A program made the position numbers and the translations under genes. The notes below the pieces were generated by a model that made no database searches, had not been told where the DNA came from, and worked only from the letters and a program-made list of their open reading frames with translations. Shown one piece after another: positions 1 to 10,696 of a stretch of 64,000 nucleotides of DNA. The DNA is taken from contig CP182352.1 in the NCBI GenBank assembly GCA_048571215.1, positions 320,001-384,000 on the forward strand, given 5' to 3'. The number at the start of each line of letters is the position of its first letter. Within the stretch, counting starts at the first letter, position 1. This stretch comes from Halarcobacter sp. (GTDB lineage: Bacteria; Campylobacterota; Campylobacteria; Campylobacterales; Arcobacteraceae).

Positions 1-2124
1 GAAACAAAAAAGACTTTAGAAAGTACAGAAGATAAAAAAACAAAAGAACCAATAAAAAATGATGTACAAGTAATAAAAACAGAAGATGAAAAAGATAATA
101 AAAAAAATATAGAAAATAAAAAAGAAGAGACTAAAACAACAAAAGAACCTACAAAAGAAACAATAAAAAATGATGTACAAATAATAAAAACAGAAGATGG
201 AAAAGATAATAAAAAAAATATAGAAAATAAAAAAGAAGAGATTAAAACAACAAAAGAAACAATAAAGAATGATACAGAAGTAAAAATAGAAGATAAAAAA
301 GATAATGCAGTAAAAAAAGAAGAGACTAAAACAACAAAAGAACCAATAAAAAATGATGTACAAGTAATAAAAACAGAAGATGAAAAAGATAATAAAAAAA
401 ATATAGAAAATAAAAAAGAAGAGACTAAAACAACAAAAGAACCAATAAAGAATGATACAGAAATAAAAACAGAAGATGTAAAAGATAATGCAGTAAAAAA
501 AGAAGAGACTAAAACAACAAAAGAACCAATAAAGAATCATACAGAAATAAAAACAGAAGATGTAAAAGATAATGCAGTAAAAAAAGAAGAGAATAAAACA
601 ACAAAAGAACCTACTAAAGAACCAATAAAAAATGATACAGAAGTAAAAACAGAAGATGTAAAAGATAATGTAGTAAAAAAAGAAGAGAATAAAACAACAA
701 AAAATAATAATCAAAAGCTTGCATCAGAAGATACAGATGAAACTGCTATTATTACAGCAGATGAGACAGTTAATGAGATTAATATAGAAAAAAGTAAAGA
801 AAATAAAAAAGTACAAACTGTTAAAACAGCTAATATAGAAAAAGAAGTAAATCAAAATGAGCTTAGTCTTGATAATCATATTCAAGAAAAAAGTGAAAAT
901 AGTAAAATTTATGATAAAAAAATAGTAGATAAAAAAGTAGAAAAACAAACTGAAGAGACAAAACCTGCTTTAGTCAAAGATAGTAAGAATCAAGCTGAGA
1001 CAACACAAGCTTCAAAAGTTATAGATGAAAATCAAAAAAGTAATAAAACTAATGAAGTAAAAAATGAAAAAGTTGCACAAGAGTTATCAAAATTGAATCA
1101 AGAATCTAAAGAAGTAGATGTAGATATTGATACAACAAAAGAATCTAAAGATAATGGTAAATCATTGATGGATAAGCTTTTAGATAATGCTAAAAAAGAG
1201 ACAAATCCTTCAAAAAATATAAATCAAACTGTTGATAAACAAAGTAATGAAAGTCCTGATGATGTATTGACAAATATATATTTAAGCTCTAGAAAAAATT
1301 CACTTTATAATCAGATGTTAGCTAAAAAAAATGAAGGTTTAAAAGTTTTAAAAGATGCACAATCTGTTTCAGATATAAAAAAGGCATCAGAGATACTAGA
1401 ATTAAATGCAAAAGAGATTTCTGTAAATAATGAAAATAAAGCAATTGACAAGAATTTGTTTGATAAAAAATCTGAAAAAGAATCTATAATTGAGAGGTTT
1501 AATTTTATTAAACAAACTCAAAGAGAGAGTATTGAAAAAGCTAAAGGTAGTGGAAGTGGAATATCTAAGGCTACAAGTGTATACTCTTCTTCAAACTCAA
1601 ATTCAAATGCAACTACTTCACATGATACTAATACTCCAGTTGTTAATCTACAGGTTCCACAAAACTTAGCCCTATCGATTCAAAATAAAATCATTGGTGC
1701 GAAACAACAAATGTCTGCAATGATGTCAGATATGGCAAAAACAATGTATGAAAACTATAAACCTCCAGTTACTGCTTTTAGAATTAATTTAATGCCTGCT
1801 AATTTAGGTTCTATTGCAATTTTAATGAAAAGTAATGAAAAGGATAATTCTTTAAATATTAGTATGAATCTATCAAATTCAAAAACTTTAGATAGTTTTG
1901 TTGAAGGTGAATCAAGTTTAAAAGATGCTCTTAATAGAACTTTTAATGGAAGTCAAACTTCTTTTAACCTTGAGTTTAATATGGATGAAAATTCGTCAAA
2001 TCAATCGGACACATCAACTGAAAATCAACAAAATAGTTCAAAAGAGGCTTCACACTCTTCACAAGATATTTTAAAATCAGTAGAAGATAATAAAAATGTT
2101 GGTGAAGATATAAATTATCTATAA
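1..2124 (+). CDS. fliK: Flagellar hook-length control protein FliK, 5'-truncated by the window; long K/E/T/D/N-rich repeat region
   Basis: Frame +1 is open from base 1 to the stop at 2124, so the track ORF 1093..2124 is only its C-terminal part. The C-terminus has the FliK_C-like motif RINLMPANLGSIAILM. It lies directly upstream of fliR-flhB. Confidence 0.8.
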   Translation, partial: ETKKTLESTEDKKTKEPIKNDVQVIKTEDEKDNKKNIENKKEETKTTKEPTKETIKNDVQIIKTEDGKDNKKNIENKKEEIKTTKETIKNDTEVKIEDKKDNAVKKEETKTTKEPIKNDVQVIKTEDEKDNKKNIENKKEETKTTKEPIKNDTEIKTEDVKDNAVKKEETKTTKEPIKNHTEIKTEDVKDNAVKKEENKTTKEPTKEPIKNDTEVKTEDVKDNVVKKEENKTTKNNNQKLASEDTDETAIITADETVNEINIEKSKENKKVQTVKTANIEKEVNQNELSLDNHIQEKSENSKIYDKKIVDKKVEKQTEETKPALVKDSKNQAETTQASKVIDENQKSNKTNEVKNEKVAQELSKLNQESKEVDVDIDTTKESKDNGKSLMDKLLDNAKKETNPSKNINQTVDKQSNESPDDVLTNIYLSSRKNSLYNQMLAKKNEGLKVLKDAQSVSDIKKASEILELNAKEISVNNENKAIDKNLFDKKSEKESIIERFNFIKQTQRESIEKAKGSGSGISKATSVYSSSNSNSNATTSHDTNTPVVNLQVPQNLALSIQNKIIGAKQQMSAMMSDMAKTMYENYKPPVTAFRINLMPANLGSIAILMKSNEKDNSLNISMNLSNSKTLDSFVEGESSLKDALNRTFNGSQTSFNLEFNMDENSSNQSDTSTENQQNSSKEASHSSQDILKSVEDNKNVGEDINYL
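40..702 (+). repeat. Coding tandem repeat in fliK: 7 units of two types (A 99 bp/33 aa, B 84 bp/28 aa), order A-A-B-A-B-B-B
   Basis: A = KEPIKNDVQVIKTEDEKDNKKNIENKKEETKTT and B = KEPIKNDTEIKTEDVKDNAVKKEETKTT, read in frame +1. There are extra KEPT inserts after units 1 and 6. Confidence 0.9.
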
Positions 2125-2127
2125 TTA

Positions 2128-2877
2128 ATGCAAGAATTAATATCATTATTAAATGAAGAGGTTGTTTATACCTTTTTATTACTTTTTGCTAGAATATTAG
2201 CATTTGTTGCTTTTATGCCAATTTTTGGTAATCCAGCTGTTTCTACAAATATAAGAATGGCTTTGGCTTTTTTTATTACAATATTTATTTTTCCTTTAAT
2301 CTCAATAGATACAATATTTAGCAAAGATGAGTTTATACTCGCTTTAATTTCTGAAGCTACTTTAGGACTAATTGCATCATTATTTTTTAATTTTGTACTC
2401 TCTTCTGTTAAAATAATAGGTGATTTAACTGGGTATTTTACTGCATTATCAATGGGAACTATGTTTGACCCTGCAACTGGAGCTAATGAAGGATTTATTA
2501 CCTCACTTCTTCACTGGATTGCATTAATGTTATTTTTTGAAACAGGAATGTATGAGATGACAGTTGTTATGTTGGTAAAAAGTTTTTCAATGGTACACTT
2601 GGGAAGTTTTGATTTATTTTCATATAATGGGATTGATATTCTAATAAAAGAGGTAAAACGGATGTTTGCTTTTGCTTTTTCTATAGCCTTGCCTTTGGGA
2701 TTTATTGGTTTTATTATAGATATATATTATGGATATGGTACAAAATCTATGCCAGCTTTTTCACCATTTGTAATCACTTTTCAGTTAAAATTTGGTTTAA
2801 TATTTTTATTTTTAATTTTAGGTATGGAAGTTTTTGCAGAAAACTTTACAGAGTATATGATCTCAACATTTAAATAG
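2128..2877 (+). CDS. fliR: Flagellar biosynthesis protein FliR
   Basis: Hydrophobic 249 aa protein with LLLFARILAFVAFMPIFG and GTMFDP motifs; lies between fliK and flhB. Confidence 0.93.
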   Translation: MQELISLLNEEVVYTFLLLFARILAFVAFMPIFGNPAVSTNIRMALAFFITIFIFPLISIDTIFSKDEFILALISEATLGLIASLFFNFVLSSVKIIGDLTGYFTALSMGTMFDPATGANEGFITSLLHWIALMLFFETGMYEMTVVMLVKSFSMVHLGSFDLFSYNGIDILIKEVKRMFAFAFSIALPLGFIGFIIDIYYGYGTKSMPAFSPFVITFQLKFGLIFLFLILGMEVFAENFTEYMISTFK

Positions 2878-2886
2878 GATACTATT

Positions 2887-3936
2887 TTGGCTGATGAAGA
2901 AGAAAAAACCGAAGAACCCACCGACAAGAAACTTGAGGATGCTAGAGAAAAAGGTAATGTCCCTAAATCAATGGAGGTTACTGGGGCAGCAATTTTAGTT
3001 TTTGGTTCAATATATTTACTTTTTTTTTCAGGTTCTTTTTTAGACGATATAAAAAAAATGATGCTTTATTCTTTTGCTTTTATAGGTGAAGAGGTAAACT
3101 CTAGGGTTTTATATAGTGTAAGTTATACACTACTTATTACAACACTTAAAGCATTAGCTCCAATCTTTATACTTGTATTACTTTTAGTATTTATTGCAAA
3201 TTTTGCTCAATTTGGTTTTCTTTTAACACCTATGAAATTTGATTTGCAAAAACTTGACCCCATAAAAGGTATAAAGGGTTTATTTGGATTAAAAAAACTT
3301 TTAGAAGCAGTAAAACTTATGCTTAAATTAACTATTATTGTTGTTGTAATGTTTATTACCTTAATGTCTACATACAAATTATTTTTAGCTATGATGGACA
3401 AGGAATTAAAGTATGTAATAGGTGATATGTCAAATATTGCATCTTATTTTTTGGCAGCAATTTTACTAATTATTGTTATTTTCGCTATAATAGATTATTT
3501 TTTTACAAAACATTATTATACAAAGTCTCTAAAAATGAGTAAGCAAGAGATTAAAGATGAGTTTAAAAACATGGAAGGGGATCCAAGGATTAAGGGTAGA
3601 ATTCGTAAAATCCAAATGGAGATGCATATGCAACGAATGATGGCTAATGTACCCGATGCAGATGTTGTTATAACAAATCCAACTCATTATGCTGTGGCAA
3701 TGAAGTATGATAGTAATTTAAATAGTGCTCCAAAAATTGTGGCAAAGGGTATTGATTTTTTAGCTCTTCGGATAAAAGATTTAGCTAGAGAAAATGATAT
3801 ACCAATTATTGAAAATCCTGCATTAGCAAGATCATTATATACTCAATTAGAAGTTGAACAAGAGATTCCAAGTGAGTTTTATAAAGCTATTGCAGAGATT
3901 TTTTCATATGTATTCGAACTTAAAAAGAAGAGGTAA
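2887..3936 (+). CDS. flhB: Flagellar export switch protein FlhB
   Basis: N-terminal EKTEEPT, KMSKQEIKDEFKNMEGDP, and the NPTH autocleavage motif. Confidence 0.97.
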   Translation: MADEEEKTEEPTDKKLEDAREKGNVPKSMEVTGAAILVFGSIYLLFFSGSFLDDIKKMMLYSFAFIGEEVNSRVLYSVSYTLLITTLKALAPIFILVLLLVFIANFAQFGFLLTPMKFDLQKLDPIKGIKGLFGLKKLLEAVKLMLKLTIIVVVMFITLMSTYKLFLAMMDKELKYVIGDMSNIASYFLAAILLIIVIFAIIDYFFTKHYYTKSLKMSKQEIKDEFKNMEGDPRIKGRIRKIQMEMHMQRMMANVPDADVVITNPTHYAVAMKYDSNLNSAPKIVAKGIDFLALRIKDLARENDIPIIENPALARSLYTQLEVEQEIPSEFYKAIAEIFSYVFELKKKR

Positions 3937-3940
3937 TTTT

Positions 3941-5935
3941 TTGAAATATTTATTAGTTTTTATTTTGTCATTCTCTTTTGCTTTTGGAAAAAAAGATTTT
4001 TTTTATGGATTTGTAGATTCAACAGGGGTTCAAATCTCCCAAAAAAAGATACAAGAGATATCAGAAGGATTTGATAATATTAAAAATATAAGACAAATGG
4101 CAAGAGATGGTAAAATAGATGAGGCTTATGCACAAATAAAAGCTTTTAAAGAGTTAAACAAAGTCTCTTTACTCAAAACAGATATTATAATTTTATATTC
4201 AGAGTTAGCATTAAAAAAAGGTAAAAAAAGAATTATTCTAGAGGCAACAAAAGAGTTAGAAGATGCTATAAATGATTCTGTAATTTATGAAGATGATTTA
4301 GCAAGAGCATATATGGTTTTAGTTGAATTAAAACTAAATACAAATAAGGCAAAAGATGCTAAATATTTTGCAAATATAATTATAAATAATTTTGATAGTA
4401 ATGTAACAAAAGCCTATGGTAGTATATATTTAGCCAAGGTTTATAAACATCAAAAGGATTATTCAAGAGCTACTAGGATATTGTATGAGGTACTAACAAA
4501 AACAACTGATGTTTTAGTTGCAACCTTAGTTGCAGATGAACTTTTTGATGTATATATCTTAGATGACAAAAGAGCAGAAGCATATGAGCTTATTAGTAAA
4601 GTATTGAAAAAAAATATTGATTATTATGCTAGTGATTCCTATTTGGCTTTACAAAAAGTAGATAGATTAATAAAAGCCAATATGCCTGAGTTTGCAATAG
4701 AGATATTAAAAGAACTTTTATCTAGAACAAATAAGCCTGATTCTATTGAAGATTTTAAATATAAGTTAGCAAATACTTATATGCTGATGTATGATGGTAC
4801 AGATAAGTATTTAAATAAAGCTAAAGAGTTATATAAAGATATTTTAAATGATTACCCAAATGGAATATATTTTGAAAAGTCAAAAGTATTTTTAGATGAA
4901 ATTTTAATGAGAGAAGGTGTTCTTAAAACTACGGTTTTAGCTTCAAAATATAAAAACTCAGAATCTATGCAACAAAAGGTTTTATTACAAGAGTTATTAA
5001 ATCTAAAAAAAGAAGGTAAATATGAGTTTATATTAAAATCAAAAAGAGTTTATAAAAAAATATCTAACTCAATTGCCCAAAGATTTGGATATGATTCAGT
5101 AGAAAAAATCTTTGATGAGGTAAATATTGATTTGATAAATAAATATTTAAATTCAGGAAAATGTTTTTTATTGAATGATGTTTTAAAAACTTCAAGAAAT
5201 GAAACCTTAGAGTTATTGGTGAAAGATGAAAAAACAAAAGATAAATTTTTTGAGTGTTTAATAGAAGTACCTTACAAAAAAGCTTATTTACTTTTAAAAG
5301 ATACCTTTAATGAGAGTCGTAATGCAAATATCTATTTATATTTAGAGAGAATGGCATATGCACTAAAAGATTATAATGAAGCTTTAGAATACTCTGCAAA
5401 AGTAGATATGGTTGATAATAAAGAGGTTTTGAAAAAAGAGTTTTTAATTAGATTTTTAATTATAAGTGCTAAAGGGGATTCAATTTTATTTGATAAATAT
5501 TTTAATTATGCACATGAAAATCCCCAACTAATTGCAGCAAATGAAGATAATCCTGTGATTATAGATTTCTATTATCAATACTATTTATATTTGATAAAAA
5601 AAGATTTAAAAAAAGAAGCTAATGAAATATTAAAAAAACTTTATGATAAGCAAAAAGAGTTAAAGGTTCATGTATACTCTCCTTTTGTAGAGTTGGAGTT
5701 ATCAAAATTGGAGATTTCAAATAACAACAATCAAAAAGCACTTGATTTATTATTGGATTCTTTAGAGTATTCAAGAAAAATAAAACCAAATGATTTGGCA
5801 AGGATTTACTACGATATCATAAGATTGTATGATGAGTTTAAAAACACTATAAAAAAAGATGAATATATTTTAAAATGCAAAGAGATAAAAGGCACTAAAG
5901 ATAGTTTATATAAAAAAATGTGTGATGAGATGTAA
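3941..5935 (+). CDS. Exported TPR/helical-repeat protein in the flagellar cluster
   Basis: Likely TTG start at 3941 gives signal peptide MKYLLVFILSFSFAFG and avoids overlap with flhB. Helical TPR-like pattern (YKLANTY...AKELYKDILNDYPNG). Confidence 0.7.
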   Translation: MKYLLVFILSFSFAFGKKDFFYGFVDSTGVQISQKKIQEISEGFDNIKNIRQMARDGKIDEAYAQIKAFKELNKVSLLKTDIIILYSELALKKGKKRIILEATKELEDAINDSVIYEDDLARAYMVLVELKLNTNKAKDAKYFANIIINNFDSNVTKAYGSIYLAKVYKHQKDYSRATRILYEVLTKTTDVLVATLVADELFDVYILDDKRAEAYELISKVLKKNIDYYASDSYLALQKVDRLIKANMPEFAIEILKELLSRTNKPDSIEDFKYKLANTYMLMYDGTDKYLNKAKELYKDILNDYPNGIYFEKSKVFLDEILMREGVLKTTVLASKYKNSESMQQKVLLQELLNLKKEGKYEFILKSKRVYKKISNSIAQRFGYDSVEKIFDEVNIDLINKYLNSGKCFLLNDVLKTSRNETLELLVKDEKTKDKFFECLIEVPYKKAYLLLKDTFNESRNANIYLYLERMAYALKDYNEALEYSAKVDMVDNKEVLKKEFLIRFLIISAKGDSILFDKYFNYAHENPQLIAANEDNPVIIDFYYQYYLYLIKKDLKKEANEILKKLYDKQKELKVHVYSPFVELELSKLEISNNNNQKALDLLLDSLEYSRKIKPNDLARIYYDIIRLYDEFKNTIKKDEYILKCKEIKGTKDSLYKKMCDEM

Positions 5936-5937
5936 AG

Positions 5938-7242
5938 ATGGATATAGATTCATTATTAAATAGTATAGATTCAACTGAATTATCAATCCCTTTTGGAAGA
6001 ATTGTTAACATTTCTACAACAACTATAAAAGCTACAGGTATAACAGTTGCTGTAGGAGATATAGTAAAAATCGAGTCACAAAATCATCTATATACAGTAT
6101 TAGGTATGGTTGCATCAATTGAATCTGGAACCTTTACTATTGTCCCTTTTTCATTTATAGATGGATTTAGAATTCAAGATAAAGTATATTTACAAAAAGA
6201 GGGCTTATCAGTAAATGCTGGGTATGGTCTTTTAGGAAGAGTTGTAAATGCTCTTGGGGAACCTATTGACGAAAAAGGTAAGATAAGAGATTTGGAAGAG
6301 AGCTCAGCTATAAATAAACTCTCTATGCCTGCACTTGAACGGGGAATTATAAATGAAAGATTCTCAACTGGCGTAAAATCAATTGATTCTATGCTCACCA
6401 CAGGTAAGGGACAAAAGGTGGGTATTTTTGCAGGTTCCGGTGTTGGTAAGTCAACGCTTATGGGGATGATTGTAAAAGGTTGTGAAGCTCAAATAAAAGT
6501 AGTTGCACTAATAGGTGAAAGGGGTAGGGAGATACCAGAATTTATCCATTATAACCTAGATGATAATTTAGAAAATACTATTATAATTGCTGCAACTTCA
6601 GATGAATCATCTTTAATGAGAAAATATGGAGCCTTTACAGCAATGGCAATTGCAGAGTTTTTTAGGGATAAAGGGCATGATGTTCTACTAATGATGGACT
6701 CTGTTACGAGATTTGCCATGGCACAAAGAGAGATTGGTTTAAGTACAGGAGAACCACCAGTTAGTAGGGGATATCCCCCTTCTGTTTTTGCACTTTTACC
6801 CCAACTTATGGAAAGAGCTGGTAATAATGCAAAAGGTTCTATTACAGCATTTTTTACAGTTTTAGTTGATGGAGATGATATGAATGACCCAATCGCTGAT
6901 CAAAGTAGGTCTATCTTGGATGGTCATATTGTTTTAACAAGAGATTTAACAGAACAAGGTTTTTACCCTCCGATAAATATTTTAAGATCAGCCTCAAGGG
7001 TAATGGATAAAGTTGTTGATGATGAGCATTATAATTACTTTTTAAAGTTAAAAAGAGTATTATCACTAATAAAAGAGAATGAAGTATTAGTTAGAGTTGG
7101 AGCATACAAAGCGGGTATGGATAAAGAATTAGATGATGCTCTAGCAAAAAAAGATAAAATTAGAGATTTCTTGACACAAAGTATGAAAGAAGAGTATAAT
7201 TTTAATCAGATAGTAACGAAGTTTAAGGAGGTGTTCCAATGA
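5938..7242 (+). CDS. fliI: Flagellar export ATPase FliI
   Basis: Walker A GIFAGSGVGKS, plus LIGERGRE, DSVTRFAMAQREIGL and SILDGHIVL. Confidence 0.96.
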   Translation: MDIDSLLNSIDSTELSIPFGRIVNISTTTIKATGITVAVGDIVKIESQNHLYTVLGMVASIESGTFTIVPFSFIDGFRIQDKVYLQKEGLSVNAGYGLLGRVVNALGEPIDEKGKIRDLEESSAINKLSMPALERGIINERFSTGVKSIDSMLTTGKGQKVGIFAGSGVGKSTLMGMIVKGCEAQIKVVALIGERGREIPEFIHYNLDDNLENTIIIAATSDESSLMRKYGAFTAMAIAEFFRDKGHDVLLMMDSVTRFAMAQREIGLSTGEPPVSRGYPPSVFALLPQLMERAGNNAKGSITAFFTVLVDGDDMNDPIADQSRSILDGHIVLTRDLTEQGFYPPINILRSASRVMDKVVDDEHYNYFLKLKRVLSLIKENEVLVRVGAYKAGMDKELDDALAKKDKIRDFLTQSMKEEYNFNQIVTKFKEVFQ

Positions 7243-8564
7243 TTACTTCAACAACACAGCAGATGTTATATAGGTTAAACAACTTAAATGCAGAGCAAAC
7301 AAGAATCAGTTACCAAATGTCAACAAAAAAAATTCTTGATGAGGGTAGTGATGATACTGAGGTTTATAAAAGAGAAGTTTATATTGATGATAGAATTAGA
7401 ACCTATAAAGGCTTAAAAGTTCAAATAGAAAGAACTACTGCCCAAAATAATGTTTCAGATTCTACATTAGGTGAGGCAAAAAATTTATTAACTCAAATAA
7501 AAGCAGAGATAATAAAATCTTTAAATGGAACGACTGATGATGATGCAAAAAAAGCTATTGCTGTAAATCTTGAGGGGATAAGAGGTAATCTCTTTATGCT
7601 TTCAAATGAAGAGGTTGAAGGTGAATTTTTATTTTCAGGTTCAAACTCGACAGTTAAACCATTCACAGAGGATAGTGATGGTAAAATTACCTACAATGGA
7701 GATGGCTTTTTAAGAAAAGTTGCTGTAGAAGATGGGTATTATAGAGAAAGAGGCATTACGGGTCTTGAAACCTTTTTTTATGCTGAGAATACTGCATTAA
7801 AAGGGGAAACTCTTGATTTTACAGAAGACCAAAGAGTATTAGACCAAGATGGATATGAGTGGAAAAAGCCTGATGCTGTAGCAACAGGGGATAGCTTTTT
7901 ATTTGATGCTTCTCAACCAGTTATAGATGATAATGGTAATAGTTGGACTTTAAATACATCAATTCCTCAATTGGAAAATGGAGGTTTAGGTAATATTCCT
8001 GTTTCACTTGTGGGTGGAACCACCTATGAAGCTACAGTTCCTGGAACTGTAAATTCACTGCAAGTTAATCAACTAATTAAAGTTAAAGAGGATGGAACTT
8101 TCTCTGATGAAGTTAGTGATAGATTGGATATTAGTGGGACTTCACCAGATTTTACTGTAACTGTTCCAAATGTAGATGGAACAAAATTTGAAGCGAAATC
8201 TAGCATTTTTGATTTATTAGATAAAACTATAAATGCATTAAACAGAGTGGATGAAAATGGTAATACTGTTTCAAGTGCAGTTGCCGATGAAGTCTTAAAA
8301 AACTCATTGGATGAGATTGATACTGCATTTAATGCAATGAATGTAGGTCATGGTAAACTTGGTGGAAGAAATAATATCTTTGAAGTTTCTCTTGATAGAG
8401 TTAGTGCAAAATTAACGCAATTTAATATTTTAAAAACAGAAGTTGGTACAGCTGATTATGCAAAAGTTGCAGTTGAAGCAAAAGCATTAGAATTAACATA
8501 TACTGCTTTATATTCTACAATTAATAAAATGAATCAATTATCTTTAGTTAATTTTGTTAGATAG
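7239..8564 (+). CDS. flgL: Flagellar hook-associated protein FlgL (flagellin family)
   Basis: Flagellin-like N- and C-terminal helices, FLFSGS motif, C-terminal QLSLVNFV typical of FlgL. Confidence 0.85.
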   Translation: MITSTTQQMLYRLNNLNAEQTRISYQMSTKKILDEGSDDTEVYKREVYIDDRIRTYKGLKVQIERTTAQNNVSDSTLGEAKNLLTQIKAEIIKSLNGTTDDDAKKAIAVNLEGIRGNLFMLSNEEVEGEFLFSGSNSTVKPFTEDSDGKITYNGDGFLRKVAVEDGYYRERGITGLETFFYAENTALKGETLDFTEDQRVLDQDGYEWKKPDAVATGDSFLFDASQPVIDDNGNSWTLNTSIPQLENGGLGNIPVSLVGGTTYEATVPGTVNSLQVNQLIKVKEDGTFSDEVSDRLDISGTSPDFTVTVPNVDGTKFEAKSSIFDLLDKTINALNRVDENGNTVSSAVADEVLKNSLDEIDTAFNAMNVGHGKLGGRNNIFEVSLDRVSAKLTQFNILKTEVGTADYAKVAVEAKALELTYTALYSTINKMNQLSLVNFVR

Positions 8565-8578
8565 TTATAAAGTACTAA

Positions 8579-10696
8579 ATGAATTTTTTTAAACGGTATT
8601 TCTCAAAAGATTTATTAGTTGTAGCACTTTTTGTTGCTATATTGATGATTATAATAGTTCCCTTACCAAAGGGGCTATTAGATTTTTTTCTTATTACTTC
8701 CTTATCTTTTTCATTGTTGATTTTATTGATCTCATTATATATTCAGAAACCAGCAGATTTAACAACTTTTCCTACGATAATACTTATTTTAGCACTTTTT
8801 AGACTATCTTTAAATATTGCTACAACAAGGTCAATTCTTAGTGAGGGGCAAAATGGTCCTGAAGCTGTAAGTTCTATTATCGCCGCCTTTGGGGATTTTG
8901 TTGTGGGTGGTAATATGGTAATTGGTATTATTGTATTTATTATATTAGTACTTATAAACTTTATGGTTGTTACAAAAGGTGCTACAAGGGTTGCTGAGGT
9001 AACTGCAAGATTTACATTAGATTCTATGCCTGGTAAACAAATGGCAATTGATGCAGATTTAAATGCGGGATTTATAGATGATAAAGAAGCACAAAAAAGA
9101 AGAACAGAACTAATTACTGAAGCTAGTTTTTATGGAGCAATGGATGGGTCATCAAAGTTTGTAAAAGGTGATGCAGTTGCAGGTATAATTATTACAATGG
9201 TAAACCTAATTGGTGGACTTCTAATAGGTCTTTTTCAGTATGATATGACTATTGCAGAAAGTGGTGAGATTTATACAGTTTTAACTATTGGTGATGGTTT
9301 AGTTGCACAACTTCCAGCACTTATTTTATCAACTGCTACGGCTGTTATTATTACCCGTTCTAATATGGATGAAGATAAATTTGCTACAAGTGCAGTAAAC
9401 CAATTAGTAAAAGATTCTAAATCATTAATTTTAGTTGGTATGGGGCTTGTTTTATTTGGTTTTGTTCCAGGGTTCCCTACTGGGATCCTATTTGTAATGG
9501 GATTATTATTATCATTTATAGGTTATACAATTTTTATGATAGAAGATAATCAAGATAATGCTGTAACAAGATTATTTAAGCCAGCGAAAACTAGTAAAAT
9601 CAAGCCTAGTGAAGATATCGAATCCCTTAAACAAAAGAAAAGAGAAGCTAGTTCTACTGATGAATCTCAAGTTATTGAAAATATAATGAAACTTGAAGTG
9701 CTTGAGTTAAAACTTGGTATTAGACTTTTACAATTGGTTCAAGGAAACTCGGAGTTATTAGACAAAATTAGAGCTATTAGAAAAAGTATAGCTTCTGATT
9801 TAGGTTTTGTTATACCTCAAATTAGAATATCTGATGATGCTTCATTAGCTCCAAATGAATATCAAATATATCTAAAAAGAATATCTCTTGAAAAAGGGAA
9901 AGTTGAGGTTAATAAACTTCTTGCAATGGGTGGAGTAAACCCAGGAAGTTTAAAAGGATTGAAGGTAAAAGAGCCAGTATTTAATCTTGATGCAGTTTGG
10001 ATAGATGAAGCTAATAAAGAAGATGCCTTAATGAAAGGTTTTACAGTTGTTGATGCTCCAACCATTATCTCAACTCATATCTCAGAACTTATTAAAAAAC
10101 ATGCGGAAGATATTATAACTAGACAAGATATTGTTGATATTGTTGATGGTCTTAAAAAAGATTTTCCAATAGTTGTCGAAGAGGCTATGAAAGTTACTTC
10201 ATATGGAACACTATTAAAAGTTTCTAAAGACTTGTTACATGAAAAAATACCAATAGTTGATATGTTAACAATCATAGAAGCCATTGCGGATATTGCAGAG
10301 TACACAAAAGCTCCGGATATATTATTAGAACATGTTAGAAGTAAACTTTATAGGCTTATTACTGATAGATTTAAAGATAATGACGGAACTTTACATATTA
10401 TCACAATAAAACCTGAAATTGAACAAGATTTTATTGGTAAGATACAAGAGCAACATGGTGTTTCTCAATTGATGTTATCAATTGCAGAGATTAATAGTCT
10501 TGTAACTAAGACAAAAGAGCTTATGAATCAAATTGAAGCAAAAGGGTTTAATAAAATTGCAATGGTAGTTGATCCATTACTTAGAAAAAGAATTTCAGAA
10601 ATTTATGAAAAATTTGGATTACAAGTTGCAGTGTTATCCCATGCAGAACTTGATTCAAGAGCAAATTTTGCTATAGAAGGAACTTTAGATTTCTAA
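8579..10696 (+). CDS. flhA: Flagellar export protein FlhA
   Basis: FHIPEP motifs RVAEVTARFTLDSMPGKQMAIDADL and FYGAMDGSSKFVKGDA. Confidence 0.97.
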   Translation: MNFFKRYFSKDLLVVALFVAILMIIIVPLPKGLLDFFLITSLSFSLLILLISLYIQKPADLTTFPTIILILALFRLSLNIATTRSILSEGQNGPEAVSSIIAAFGDFVVGGNMVIGIIVFIILVLINFMVVTKGATRVAEVTARFTLDSMPGKQMAIDADLNAGFIDDKEAQKRRTELITEASFYGAMDGSSKFVKGDAVAGIIITMVNLIGGLLIGLFQYDMTIAESGEIYTVLTIGDGLVAQLPALILSTATAVIITRSNMDEDKFATSAVNQLVKDSKSLILVGMGLVLFGFVPGFPTGILFVMGLLLSFIGYTIFMIEDNQDNAVTRLFKPAKTSKIKPSEDIESLKQKKREASSTDESQVIENIMKLEVLELKLGIRLLQLVQGNSELLDKIRAIRKSIASDLGFVIPQIRISDDASLAPNEYQIYLKRISLEKGKVEVNKLLAMGGVNPGSLKGLKVKEPVFNLDAVWIDEANKEDALMKGFTVVDAPTIISTHISELIKKHAEDIITRQDIVDIVDGLKKDFPIVVEEAMKVTSYGTLLKVSKDLLHEKIPIVDMLTIIEAIADIAEYTKAPDILLEHVRSKLYRLITDRFKDNDGTLHIITIKPEIEQDFIGKIQEQHGVSQLMLSIAEINSLVTKTKELMNQIEAKGFNKIAMVVDPLLRKRISEIYEKFGLQVAVLSHAELDSRANFAIEGTLDF

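Noticed and set aside
40..702. Tandem repeats as a possible CRISPR array
   Set aside because: The units are contiguous, in-frame coding repeats with no unique spacers, and no cas genes are in the window.
16..948. Minus-strand Phe/Ile/Cys-rich ORFs 16..714 and 724..948
   Set aside because: Antisense shadows of the A-rich fliK repeat region; the plus frame is open and continuous with FliK_C.
3854..3940. Extended N-termini in the ORF track (also 21673, 28001, 39051, 46365)
   Set aside because: Downstream starts (3941, 21712, 28040, 39189, 46419) fit signal peptides, RBS or family N-termini better, and in some cases avoid overlaps.
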